Below are positions 24,974 to 33,720 of a DNA stretch of 64,000 nucleotides, piece by piece. The stretch's first letter is position 1; each line of letters opens with the position of its first letter. Source of the DNA: Myxococcota bacterium (GTDB lineage Bacteria; Myxococcota_A; UBA9160; JAFDDA01); contig OZ245817.1 in the NCBI GenBank assembly GCA_965228475.1, forward strand, positions 4,896,001 through 4,960,000, written 5' to 3'. Under the pieces are notes generated by a model. That model saw only the letters and a list, made by a program, of their open reading frames with translations, did no database searches and was not told the origin of the DNA. A program made the position numbers and the translations under genes.

Positions 24974-25966
24974 ATGGCGAAGAAGCACCCCCGCAACCCG
25001 ATCCTCGACGCGCTCCGCGAGGCAAGCCAGGACGAGGCGAAGGCCGTCGAGCTGCTTGAGGCTCGCCGCTTCGGCGACACGCCCGGCTGCCCCCGTTGCG
25101 GGGACACCGACGTCTACAAGATGCGGGACCGAAAGACGGGCGAGCGCGAGAAGAACTACCGATGGCGCTGCCGCGGCTGCAAGAAGATGTTCACGGTTCG
25201 CACCGGGACGATATTCGAGGAGACGCGGCTGCCGCTGCGCGTGTGGGTCTACGCTTTCTGGAAAGCGTGCGCGTCGAAGAAGGGTATCAGCGCCCTACAG
25301 ATCAGCCGGGAGTGCGAGATCAGCTACAAGAGCGCGCTCTATCTCATGCACCGCATCCGATATGCCATGCTCGAAGATCCCAGTGGCCAGCCGAAGCTCT
25401 CCGGCACGGTCGAAGTTGACGAGACGTTCGTCGGCGGAAAGCCGCGCCACTCCGTCCGAACGAAGATCAACCCGGTCACCGGAATGAAGCACCAGTACCT
25501 CCCGGCCTCCGCGAAGCCTGGTGGTTCGCCGAAGGTTCCCGTCGTTGCTCTGGTCGAGCGTGGAGGCCGTGTCCGTGCGCGTCAGATTGAGCGGGTGGAT
25601 CGCGAGTCTCTAGGCGGTGCCGTCCACGAGCTGGTCGAGTCTGGCGCAACGATCCATACCGATGAGAACCCGAGCTACCGCCACCTCGGCGCGCGCTACT
25701 CGCACGACTCCGTGAACCACACGCGGAAGGAGTACGTTCGTGGCGATGTGACTACCAACACGGTGGAAGGTTTCTTCTCCCTGCTCAAGCGTGGCGTCTA
25801 CGGGACGTTCCACTCCGTGAGCAAGCATCATCTTCATCGCTATCTGGCCGAGTTTGAGTTTCGGTACAACCACCGAGAACTCGACGACGGGGCGCGGACC
25901 CTCGCCGCTATCGACGGGGGAGAAGGGAAGCGCCTTTTGTATGAGCGATCTCCGACAACGGTCTAG
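24974..25966 (+). CDS. IS1595-family transposase
   Basis: Zn ribbon CPRCG...WRCRGCKK, HTH, VEVDET, IHTDE, TNTVEGFFSLLKRG, YLAEFEFRYN. Confidence 0.95.
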   Translation: MAKKHPRNPILDALREASQDEAKAVELLEARRFGDTPGCPRCGDTDVYKMRDRKTGEREKNYRWRCRGCKKMFTVRTGTIFEETRLPLRVWVYAFWKACASKKGISALQISRECEISYKSALYLMHRIRYAMLEDPSGQPKLSGTVEVDETFVGGKPRHSVRTKINPVTGMKHQYLPASAKPGGSPKVPVVALVERGGRVRARQIERVDRESLGGAVHELVESGATIHTDENPSYRHLGARYSHDSVNHTRKEYVRGDVTTNTVEGFFSLLKRGVYGTFHSVSKHHLHRYLAEFEFRYNHRELDDGARTLAAIDGGEGKRLLYERSPTTV

Positions 25967-25990
25967 TGGCGTACAGCTCCAACTTAAGCT

Positions 25991-26458
25991 CTAGCCCTGG
26001 ATCGTCACGCTGTGCTGCTTGATCTCAATGAAGAGTCTTCGGTCCTTCGCAGTCAGCCTGCGGTTGTGCTCCAGCTCGATCAGCTCAAGAGAGTGCTTGA
26101 CGCGGGCAAGCTCGCTCGCCTTGGTCTCGTTGCATTCGAGCGAGACCACGCCGAGGTTGCGCATTTTTGTGCGGCTACCCTTCGGCAGCCGTCGACTCGT
26201 CACCTCCTTGAAGTCCTTGTAGTTTCGTGTGACCAGAACCGCTCCGAGGTCATTCCCCGCCATCGCGATGACCTCGTCGGGTGACTGAAGGAGAAGGAGA
26301 TCGGAAACGTGGACGGTCTCGTGGTGCGCCGCCTTCAGTTCGTCGGCAACCCACAGGGGGACGTTCTCATCAATAAGGAAACGGATCCGTGGCTTGAGGC
26401 TCGGGTCAGCCGGCCTTGCGTCGTCGTGAGCGTTCGTCTCGGATCGCTGCCTTGACAT
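25991..26458 (-). CDS. PIN-like (DUF5615/Mut7-C type) toxin
   Basis: FLIDENVP...SPDEVI...LVTRNYKDF motifs; follows a DUF433 gene. Start uncertain. Confidence 0.8.
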   Translation of the reverse strand: MSRQRSETNAHDDARPADPSLKPRIRFLIDENVPLWVADELKAAHHETVHVSDLLLLQSPDEVIAMAGNDLGAVLVTRNYKDFKEVTSRRLPKGSRTKMRNLGVVSLECNETKASELARVKHSLELIELEHNRRLTAKDRRLFIEIKQHSVTIQG

Positions 26459-27047
26459 CCTTCTCAGTCAGTGTCGGGAAGCCGTCTACGATCTCTTCAA
26501 CGGTCATCCCAGAGCTGAAGTACCGCCAGATCAAACTGCTGGGAATCCGTGTTCCTGCAATCACTTGACGCCCGTTGAGGACATTCCTCCGTTTCGAGAG
26601 TTTCCCGATATCGGAGTCCTTCCGTGACCGCTTGCGCTTCAGAAGCCGCACGGTGTCGCTCCGCACTTCCTCAAGGTCGATCACCAGGATCGGGGTTTGC
26701 CTGTGAGGTTTCGTTGAGACGACTTCGTCAGTCCTAGGATCTCGGTACAGAAGCTCCTTCCCGGACAGAAAGAACTTGATGCTGGCCCACGGGTTGGGGT
26801 GATCTTCGTGAAACTCCTCATGGAGCGCACGATCTACCTTCCGAAGCTCTTGGAGGGGCACCCGCGTCCTGATCGGCGCGATGGCGCGAAGACCCACCAG
26901 GTCCCGGAACGAGTACACCCTTCGGTCGTCAACCAGGTACTCAGGGGAGAAGAAGTCAGTCTTGTCCCAGTATCGGAGTTGACGCTTGCTCAGTCCCGTC
27001 AGCTCCGCGACTTGGTCCTCGCCGAAGTAGGCGATCGAGTCAGTCAT
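26406..27047 (-). CDS. MerR-HTH plus DUF433 antitoxin
   Basis: VAELTGLSKRQLRYWD N-terminal HTH; GRQVIAGTRIP...GMTVEEIVDGFPTLTEKDVKAA DUF433. Confidence 0.85.
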   Translation of the reverse strand: MTDSIAYFGEDQVAELTGLSKRQLRYWDKTDFFSPEYLVDDRRVYSFRDLVGLRAIAPIRTRVPLQELRKVDRALHEEFHEDHPNPWASIKFFLSGKELLYRDPRTDEVVSTKPHRQTPILVIDLEEVRSDTVRLLKRKRSRKDSDIGKLSKRRNVLNGRQVIAGTRIPSSLIWRYFSSGMTVEEIVDGFPTLTEKDVKAAIRDERSRRRKAG

Positions 27048-27222
27048 CCGAGCACACCCCTATTGTTGCGTCCGAGCGGTTCGCTACCGTTCGGACGTCG
27101 GATGTGCCGACAGAGATTCCTCCTAAGACCTCGCCGGGCCAGGGCGGGGTCTTTGGTTTTCTGGGCCACGGCGGAAACCGGCCCTTCGGGTAGTCTCACC
27201 CCCCACACGCTATATTCCCGCT

Positions 27223-27372
27223 GTGGCTGATCCGGTCAAGCGCCCCGGCCCCGAGCCGGAGACATTGAAGGTCGAAATCGACCCCGAAGAGGGGTTGGCT
27301 CGCCTCTTGCGCGCCCAGCCGAAGCCGCCTCCGAAGGCGAAGAAAAAGCCCTCGAAGCGCCGGAAGTCCTAG
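27223..27372 (+). CDS. Small basic protein, 49 aa (not in ORF track)
   Basis: GTG start 6 nt after TATATT; MADPVKRPGPEPETLKVEIDPEEGLARLLRAQPKPPPKAKKKPSKRRKS. Confidence 0.55.
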   Translation: MADPVKRPGPEPETLKVEIDPEEGLARLLRAQPKPPPKAKKKPSKRRKS

Positions 27373-27515
27373 TCCTGGCCCTCTAGGGCCGCAGCGATCC
27401 TCTCCAGCGCCTCAGCGATCCGCCCAAATACCTGAACGATATTCGGATCTTCTCCGATCTTGGGAACGCGGTTGAAGGCATCGTTGACAGCCTGTGCGAG
27501 TGAGTCCTTGCTCAT
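27369..27515 (-). CDS. Small helical protein, 48 aa (not in ORF track)
   Basis: MSKDSLAQAVNDAFNRVPKIGEDPNIVQVFGRIAEALERIAAALEGQD; its stop overlaps the convergent ORF stop at CTAG. Confidence 0.45.
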   Translation of the reverse strand: MSKDSLAQAVNDAFNRVPKIGEDPNIVQVFGRIAEALERIAAALEGQD

Positions 27516-27581
27516 GGGTCACCAGGCTAACCGCAGGGCTCCGAACGCACAACGAACCGATAGACCGGCTACTTAGGCGAT

Positions 27582-27611
27582 TCCAATGCAATTCCGCGGC
27601 ATTGCATTGGA
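27582..27611. repeat. Subterminal palindrome of the IS right end
   Basis: TCCAATGCAAT-N8-ATTGCATTGGA. Confidence 0.8.
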
Positions 27612-27670
27612 TCCATACTTCCGGCCAAAATGGAGCTTTCCGGGACGGATTGGTGCCCTAGGCTCTCGCC

Positions 27671-29158
27671 ATGCTCGAGTTCAGCTTCCAGCCCGATCGC
27701 ACCCGCCGGGAGCCCGTCTATCGCCAGCTCGAGGGGTATCTCCGCGAGCTCGTCGAGAGCCGCCGGCTCGCCGCGGGGGAGCGCCTACCCGCGAGCCGCG
27801 AGCTGGCCGCGGCCCTCGGGCTCTCGCGCAACACGGTGAACCAGGCCTATCAGGCGCTGGTCGACGACGGTCTGCTCGCCTCCCACGTCGGCCAGGGGAC
27901 CTTCGTGCAGCGCCAGCCGGGGCCGGCCCTGCGGCCGGTCGGGCCCGCGGCGCGCGGCTTTGCCTGGGCCGGGCTGTTCGCGCGCCGCACCGCGGCGGTC
28001 GCGCTTCCGCCGGCCATCCTCGCCGCCGGCCGCATGCCGAACCCGCCCTTCGACTTCCGCCCGGGCCACGTCGACCTCGCGACGATCCCGAAGACGGAGC
28101 TCCGCCGCGCGATGTCGAAGGCGACGGAGCAGGTCGAGATGCTCGCGACCTGCCAGGACCCGCGCGGCTGGTTTCCGCTGCGCGAGCAGATCGCGCGCGC
28201 GCTCGTCGGGCGCGGCATCCGCTGCGGCCCGGACGACGTCGCGGTGGTGAGCGGTGCGCAGCAGGCCCTCGATCTCACCGCGCGCGTGCTCCTCGACCCC
28301 GGCGACACCGTCGTGATGGAGCAGCCGGGCTACTTCGGCGCCGCGCTGGCCTTCGGCGCGAGCGAAGCGCACCTGGTCGGTGTCGGCGTGGACGAGCACG
28401 GGCTTCGCACGGACGAGCTCGCCCGCATCCTGCGCGCGCGCCGCGTGAAGCTCGTCTACACGACGCCGGCCGTGCAGAGCCCGACGGGCGTCGTGCTCTC
28501 CGACGAACGCCGCCGCGCGCTCCTCGACCTCGCCGACGAGTACCAGGTGCCCGTGGTCGAGGACGACTACGACAGCGAGCTGCGCTACGGCACGCCGCCG
28601 ACGCCGGCCCTGAAGACCCAGGACGAAGCGGGCCAGGTGATCTACGCCGGCACCTTCTCGAAGGCGCTCTTCGCCGGCATCCGCGTCGGCTACGTCGTGG
28701 CGGCGCAGCCCTTCCTGCTCCAGCTGATGGCGACGCGCCTGGCCGCGGACTTCCGCACGGACCTGCTCGCCCAGGCCGCCATGGCCGAGCTGCTCGAGAG
28801 CGGCGGCCTCGAGCGCCACGTGCGGCGCGTGCGCCGCCTCTACTCCGCGCGCCGCGCCGCGATGCTCGACGCCCTGCGCGCGCACATGCCCGAGGGCACC
28901 CACGTCACCGAACCCGCCGGCGGCAACACGGTCTGGGTGCGGCTTCCGTCGGGCATCGACGGGGCCGCCTTCCACGCCGCGGCCCTGGCCGCCGGGATCG
29001 AGTACGGACGCGGCGATCTCTTCCGCCTCGACGGGGCGAGCATCGACCACGCCCATCTTTCCTTCGCCCAGATGGGGCCGCGCAAGATCCAGGAAGGCGT
29101 CGCGCGCCTGGCCGATCTCGCCCGCTCCGAACTCCGCCGCGCCCGCGAAACCGCCTAG
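27671..29158 (+). CDS. MocR-family (GntR plus PLP aminotransferase domain) regulator
   Basis: RLPASRELA..LGLSRNTVNQAY wHTH; SGAQQAL, EDDYDSE, GTFSK. Confidence 0.93.
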   Translation: MLEFSFQPDRTRREPVYRQLEGYLRELVESRRLAAGERLPASRELAAALGLSRNTVNQAYQALVDDGLLASHVGQGTFVQRQPGPALRPVGPAARGFAWAGLFARRTAAVALPPAILAAGRMPNPPFDFRPGHVDLATIPKTELRRAMSKATEQVEMLATCQDPRGWFPLREQIARALVGRGIRCGPDDVAVVSGAQQALDLTARVLLDPGDTVVMEQPGYFGAALAFGASEAHLVGVGVDEHGLRTDELARILRARRVKLVYTTPAVQSPTGVVLSDERRRALLDLADEYQVPVVEDDYDSELRYGTPPTPALKTQDEAGQVIYAGTFSKALFAGIRVGYVVAAQPFLLQLMATRLAADFRTDLLAQAAMAELLESGGLERHVRRVRRLYSARRAAMLDALRAHMPEGTHVTEPAGGNTVWVRLPSGIDGAAFHAAALAAGIEYGRGDLFRLDGASIDHAHLSFAQMGPRKIQEGVARLADLARSELRRARETA

Positions 29159-29171
29159 AAGCGAGACCTCG

Positions 29172-29612
29172 ATGAACGCGAAACGAGACGCCTGGTTCTA
29201 CGGATTGCTCCTGCTCGCGGCAGGGAGCCTCGGCAACGCCGTCTGGATGCTGGTCGACCCCCTGCGCTGGTACCACGACCTGCCCGCGGGCGTCCCGGAC
29301 TTCGGCGAGTTCAACCCGCACTTCGTGCGCGACATCGGCTGCGCGTTCCTGACGGTCGGGGTGGCCTTCCTGTGGGCCGCCTTCGCGCCGCGCCACCGCT
29401 ACCCGCTCGTCGCGATCGCCGCGGTCTTCCTCGTCGCGCACGCCGTCCTGCACGTCCACGACACGGCGCGCGGCATCGTCGATGCCCACCACTGGTGGCT
29501 CGACCTCCCCGGCGTCTACTTCCCGGCGGCCTTGACCGCCTGGCTCGTGTTCCGATTGAAGCGCCTCGAAGGAGAAGACCATGCGCATCCCGCCCGTCGA
29601 GAAGCCGCGTAG
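29172..29612 (+). CDS. Four-TM membrane protein
   Basis: Hydrophobic segments, FNPHFVRDIG motif; in operon with the CMD gene. Confidence 0.7.
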   Translation: MNAKRDAWFYGLLLLAAGSLGNAVWMLVDPLRWYHDLPAGVPDFGEFNPHFVRDIGCAFLTVGVAFLWAAFAPRHRYPLVAIAAVFLVAHAVLHVHDTARGIVDAHHWWLDLPGVYFPAALTAWLVFRLKRLEGEDHAHPARREAA

Positions 29613-30141
29613 CCTGCTGGCTCGCATCGCCTACGCCGTGACCCGCCGCCAGTTCGGCAAGGTCCCGTCCGCCTTCCAGGTGGTCTACGGGAACGCGCCG
29701 AACCTGCTCTGGCCGACCTACCAGATCGGCCAGACCCTCGAGAAGCGGCTCACCCTCGCGGACGAGCTCGTGCTGCTCGTGACGACGCAGTCCTCGCTCC
29801 TGAACGGCTGCGGCTTCTGCGCGGACTTCCACAAGGCCCAGGCCATCCAGGCGAAGATGGGGATGGAGCGCTTCAACGACCTGCTCGAGTTCCGCACGAG
29901 CCCGCACTTCAGTGACGCGGAGCGCGCGGCCCTGGCCTTCACCGAGGAGGTCACGCGCGAGCGCAAGGTCGCCGATGCGACCTTCGAAGCGCTGCGCCCG
30001 CACTTCTCGAACCAGCAGATCGTCGAGCTCACCTGGCTGAACGCCATCGGGAACTTCTTCAACCTGGAAGCGGTGGCCCTCCAGCTCGAGAGCGACGGCC
30101 TCGCGGAGCTGGCGGCGCGCCGCGCAGGCGCCGCCGCCTAG
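29581..30141 (+). CDS. Carboxymuconolactone decarboxylase/AhpD-family protein
   Basis: NGCGFCADFH, ERAALAF, FSNQQIVEL. Confidence 0.88.
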   Translation: MRIPPVEKPRSLLARIAYAVTRRQFGKVPSAFQVVYGNAPNLLWPTYQIGQTLEKRLTLADELVLLVTTQSSLLNGCGFCADFHKAQAIQAKMGMERFNDLLEFRTSPHFSDAERAALAFTEEVTRERKVADATFEALRPHFSNQQIVELTWLNAIGNFFNLEAVALQLESDGLAELAARRAGAAA

Positions 30142-30180
30142 CCGGGACCTCGCGCGCGGCAGGGCGGCTAAGCTCGCCCG

Positions 30181-30852
30181 ATGCCGAGCAAGACGCGGAT
30201 GCTGCTTTCCTGGAGCAGCGGCAAGGACAGCGCCTGGGCCCTGCACCGCCTGCGGGATCACGCGGAGTACGAGCTGGTCGGCCTGGTGACGACGGTGAAC
30301 GCCGAAGCCGAACGGGTCGCCATGCATGCGGTCCGGGAGACGCTGCTCGCGCGCCAGGCGGAGGCGGTGGGGCTCCCGGTCTGGCGCGTTCCGATCCCGA
30401 GCCCGTGCAGCAACGCCGAGTACGACGCGGCCATGACGCAACTCTTGACGCGGGCCCGGGCCGAAGGCGTCGAGGCCATGGCCTTCGGCGATCTCTTCCT
30501 CGAGGACATCCGGGCGTACCGCGAGACGCAGCTCGAGGGGACGGGCATCGCGCCGGTCTTCCCCCTCTGGGGCGAGGACACCGGCGAGCTGGCCCGAGAG
30601 ATGGTGGCGGCCGGACTCCGCGCCCATCTCACCTGCGTCGACCCGAATCAGCTCGACCCGGCCTTCGCCGGGCGCGTCTACGACGGCCGGCTGCTCGAGG
30701 ATCTGCCCGAAGCGGTCGACCCCTGCGGCGAGCGGGGCGAGTTCCACACCTTCGCCTTCGCCGGGCCGATGTTCGAGCGGGAGGTCGCCGTCCGCCCGGG
30801 CGAGGTCGTCGAGCGCGACGGCTTCTTCTTCGCGGATCTCGCCCCCGCCTGA
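30181..30852 (+). CDS. PP-loop ATPase, diphthine-ammonia ligase-like
   Basis: SWSSGKDS, FGDLFLEDIR, DPCGERGEFHT. Confidence 0.88.
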   Translation: MPSKTRMLLSWSSGKDSAWALHRLRDHAEYELVGLVTTVNAEAERVAMHAVRETLLARQAEAVGLPVWRVPIPSPCSNAEYDAAMTQLLTRARAEGVEAMAFGDLFLEDIRAYRETQLEGTGIAPVFPLWGEDTGELAREMVAAGLRAHLTCVDPNQLDPAFAGRVYDGRLLEDLPEAVDPCGERGEFHTFAFAGPMFEREVAVRPGEVVERDGFFFADLAPA

Positions 30853-30972
30853 GGGGCCTTCGGGAGCTCTCAGGGAACTCCCGGTTTTTCGCTCCGAACG
30901 GGCGTTTTCGTGCGCTCGGGGAGCGTTTTCGATCACTCGGACACGGGTTTCCGCCTTTTTGTCGAACACGCC

Positions 30973-31049
30973 TTGCGCGATCCGAGACCTCTGCTATATT
31001 TACCAAATCGTCATCGCAAAAACCGACCCGCTCTTCCGGCGGGTTTTTC
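30973..31049 (+). promoter_or_regulatory. Sigma-70 promoter followed closely by a terminator hairpin
   Basis: TTGCGC-N16-TATATT (30973-31000), then ACCCGC-TCTTCCG-GCGGGT-TTTTC. Confidence 0.5.
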
Positions 31050-31114
31050 AAGACCTCAAATTTTCGCTTTTTGTTCGCGTGCCATGGGCTGCCGGGCGTG
31101 ATTCATTCCCTGCC

Positions 31115-31303
31115 ATGAAGGTCACGATCGACTTCGATCTCTGTCAGGGCCACGGCGTATGCATGGGCGAAGCGCCCGAGGTCTTCCAAGTCAACGACGA
31201 CGGCGAGGTGACGATTCTCCAGGAGAATCCCGACGCCGGCCTCGAGAAGAAGACGCGCAACGCCGCGCGCTTCTGCCCGACGGGCGCGATCTCGGTCGAG
31301 TAG
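31115..31303 (+). CDS. Single-cluster ferredoxin (P450-associated type)
   Basis: CQGHGVC...CPTGAI, 62 aa. Confidence 0.9.
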   Translation: MKVTIDFDLCQGHGVCMGEAPEVFQVNDDGEVTILQENPDAGLEKKTRNAARFCPTGAISVE

Positions 31304-31347
31304 CGCGCCGACTCAGTCGCTCATTCGCTAGTCGGGTTGGGCCAGGC

Positions 31348-32034
31348 TCAGTCGCGTTCGATCGAGGCGAGGTAGTCCTCGAGCGTCTTCCCCGGCTCGT
31401 GCTCGAAGGGTTCGTCCGCCCGGACGTCGAGCCCCACCATCCGGTCCACGCGGAAGTTCCGGAAGTCGTCGCGCAGCTCGCACCAGGCCGACAGCGTCCA
31501 GTTGTATCCCCAGTAGAAGAGGCCGAGGGGCCGGACGGTTCGTTCGGAGCGTTCCTCGTCGCGCCTCGTGTAGTCGAAGCGGACGCGGTGCCGCTCGAGG
31601 ATGGCTGCGCGCAGGGCCGGGAGGTTCGCGGCGAAGGCGCGCGGCTCGCCCCGGAAGTTCGGTGCGAAGAGCGTCACGTCGGCGAGGCGGGAGCGGAGGC
31701 GTTCCGGGAGGACGGCCTCGATCTTCACGACGGCGGAGTCCGCGGCGCGCGCGAGCTCCGCGTCGGACCAGCTCTTGACGAGCCGTGCGCCCAGGACGAG
31801 CGCTTCGATTTCGGCGTGGCTGAACATCAGCGGGGGCAGGTCGAAGCTCTTCGGGAGCGCGTAGCCGACGCCCGCCTCGCCCTCGATCGGGACGCCCGAG
31901 GAGACGAGATCCCGCACGTCGCGGTAGATCGTCCGTTCGGAGACCTCGAGGGTCTCCGCCAGATGCTGGGCGGTCGTGACCCGGCGCGTCCGAAGGATCT
32001 GAACGATCTGGAAGAGTCGGTCGGCTCGACGCAC
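31348..32034 (-). CDS. YafY-family HTH-WYL regulator
   Basis: MRRADRLFQIVQIL, VSERTIYRD, AWCELRDDFRNFRVDR. Confidence 0.93.
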   Translation of the reverse strand: MRRADRLFQIVQILRTRRVTTAQHLAETLEVSERTIYRDVRDLVSSGVPIEGEAGVGYALPKSFDLPPLMFSHAEIEALVLGARLVKSWSDAELARAADSAVVKIEAVLPERLRSRLADVTLFAPNFRGEPRAFAANLPALRAAILERHRVRFDYTRRDEERSERTVRPLGLFYWGYNWTLSAWCELRDDFRNFRVDRMVGLDVRADEPFEHEPGKTLEDYLASIERD

Positions 32035-32037
32035 GTT

Positions 32038-32517
32038 CTAGGTATCTGCCCGTACCTCTCGGCGCGCAAGGGGAATGATCACCTGGGTGGCCGTGGCCTT
32101 CGCGGCGATGCGGCCGTCCTCCTGGGTGAAGACGACTTCGGCGTGGATCCGCGACCGGCCGCGGTGGACGACCTTGGCCTCGATCCGGACCTCACCCGCC
32201 ACGACCGGCCGGAAGAAGTGGATCTGGAGCTCGGAGGTCGTGAAGCCGTCGGCCTCGCTGAGGACGGAGCAGGTCGCCATGCCGAGGGCGTGGTCGGCCA
32301 GGGCGGCCAGGTAGCCGCCGAAGGCCGTGCCCGCGCCGTTTGCCATCGCCGGGTCCATCTTCCAGCGCAGCCAGACCTGGCCTGCGTCGTAGCCCTCGGC
32401 GCGCGGCATGCGGAGCGGCTCGACGTAGGGGGGCGGCGTGCCTCCACCGGAGACGATGGCTCGCATCACCTCGTGCCGCGCCCCGCCGAGCTCATCCTGC
32501 CGTTGCCAGACTCGCAT
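32038..32517 (-). CDS. PaaI-family thioesterase
   Basis: NGAGTAFGGYLAALAD hotdog motif. Confidence 0.85.
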   Translation of the reverse strand: MRVWQRQDELGGARHEVMRAIVSGGGTPPPYVEPLRMPRAEGYDAGQVWLRWKMDPAMANGAGTAFGGYLAALADHALGMATCSVLSEADGFTTSELQIHFFRPVVAGEVRIEAKVVHRGRSRIHAEVVFTQEDGRIAAKATATQVIIPLARREVRADT

Positions 32518-32603
32518 CTCGTTTCCCTCCTCGGTTCCGCCGCCCGGTGGAGGCTGGGCGCGGGGTTCGTTTCCTCTCGCCCCTTCTTGTACGGCACCCC
32601 TGG

Positions 32604-32652
32604 TGACAGCCTCCTGTCAGGGTCCTTTTCCCCTGCTGACACCGAGATGTCA
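32604..32652. promoter_or_regulatory. Two TGACA-N6-TGTCA palindromes
   Basis: At 32604-32619 and 32637-32652, upstream of the paaI-like/WYL operon. Confidence 0.6.
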
Positions 32653-32682
32653 GGAGACCTCGCGCGGGGGTAGAATCGCGCC

Positions 32683-33546
32683 GTGACTGAGGGGCAAGCG
32701 TGGAGCGTCGAGGGGAAGCGTTGCGTCGTGACCGGCGCGACCTCGGGCATCGGGCGCGCGACCGCGGTCGCCCTGGCCGAGGCCGGCGCTCGGGTCGCCA
32801 TCGTGTGCCGCAACCCGGTCCGCGGCGAGGAAACCGTGGCGGAGATCCACGAACGGACCGGCTCGACGGCGGTCGAGGTCTTCCTGGCGGACCTGTCCTC
32901 CCAGGAGGCGATCCGCCAGGTCGCGCGGGAGCTTCTGACGCGCTGCCCGCGGATCGACGTGCTCGTGAACAACGCCGGGACCGTGGAGCTCAACCGGAGC
33001 ACCACGGTGGACGGGATCGAGACGACCTGGGCCGTGAACCACCTCGGCTACTTCCAGCTCACGAATCTGCTGTTCGACCGGATCCGCGAGAGCGCGCCGG
33101 CGCGCATCATCAACGTCGCCTCGGACGCGCACAAGTTCGTGCGTCATTTCGACCCGGAGGAGAGCGAGGAGCCGCCCTTCCGCTGGTGGCAGGTCTACGG
33201 GCGCTCGAAGCTCGCCAACCTTCTCTTCACCCGGGAGCTCGCGCGGCGGCTCGAGGGCAGCGGCGTCACGGCGAACGCCGTGCACCCCGGCGCGGTTTCG
33301 ACGCGCCTCGGCCACCAGAACGGTTGGTGGGCCCGGCCGCTCACTGCTGCGCTCGGTCTCTTCTTCAAGAGCCCGGCCCAGGGAGCCGCGACCTCGGTGC
33401 ATCTGGCGACGGCCGCAGAGCTGGCCGACACCAGCGGCGGGTACTACGCGAACTCGAAGCCGCATCGGTCGAACGCCCTGGCTCGCGATGACGCACTGGC
33501 CAGGCGCCTCTGGGAAGTGAGCGCCTCTGCGGTCGGGGTTTCATAA
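32683..33546 (+). CDS. SDR oxidoreductase (retinol dehydrogenase-like)
   Basis: TGATSGIG, NNAG, YGRSK. Confidence 0.92.
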   Translation: MTEGQAWSVEGKRCVVTGATSGIGRATAVALAEAGARVAIVCRNPVRGEETVAEIHERTGSTAVEVFLADLSSQEAIRQVARELLTRCPRIDVLVNNAGTVELNRSTTVDGIETTWAVNHLGYFQLTNLLFDRIRESAPARIINVASDAHKFVRHFDPEESEEPPFRWWQVYGRSKLANLLFTRELARRLEGSGVTANAVHPGAVSTRLGHQNGWWARPLTAALGLFFKSPAQGAATSVHLATAAELADTSGGYYANSKPHRSNALARDDALARRLWEVSASAVGVS

Positions 33547-33579
33547 TCCGTAACCATTTCAGTCGATTAAGGGTCAAAT

Positions 33580-33720
33580 CAAGCGATCGCTTGGTTAGTT
33601 CTGTGCGTTCTCGGCCGGCCGACCCGGGGATCTGAATCCGTCCAAGGCATAACAAGCAATCGCTTGGTATAGAGAACGGCTGGAGGCGAACCGTCGAAAC
33701 CGCTACAAAGCATCTGCTTG
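33580..33720. promoter_or_regulatory. Three CAAGC-N4-GCTTG operators
   Basis: At 33580-33593, 33653-33666 and 33707-33720; the last overlaps the TTG start of the TetR gene. Confidence 0.7.

Larger units (their letters stand above)
24017..27623. mobile_element. IS1595-family transporter IS carrying passenger genes (3.6 kb)
   Basis: Ends GGGAAGTAGGTACTTGATGCAATGGCGC and reverse complement CGGAAGTATGGATCCAATGCAATGCCGC; direct repeat GCCAAAAT at 24009-24016 and 27624-27631; IS1595 transposase inside; visibly lower GC. Confidence 0.88.
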
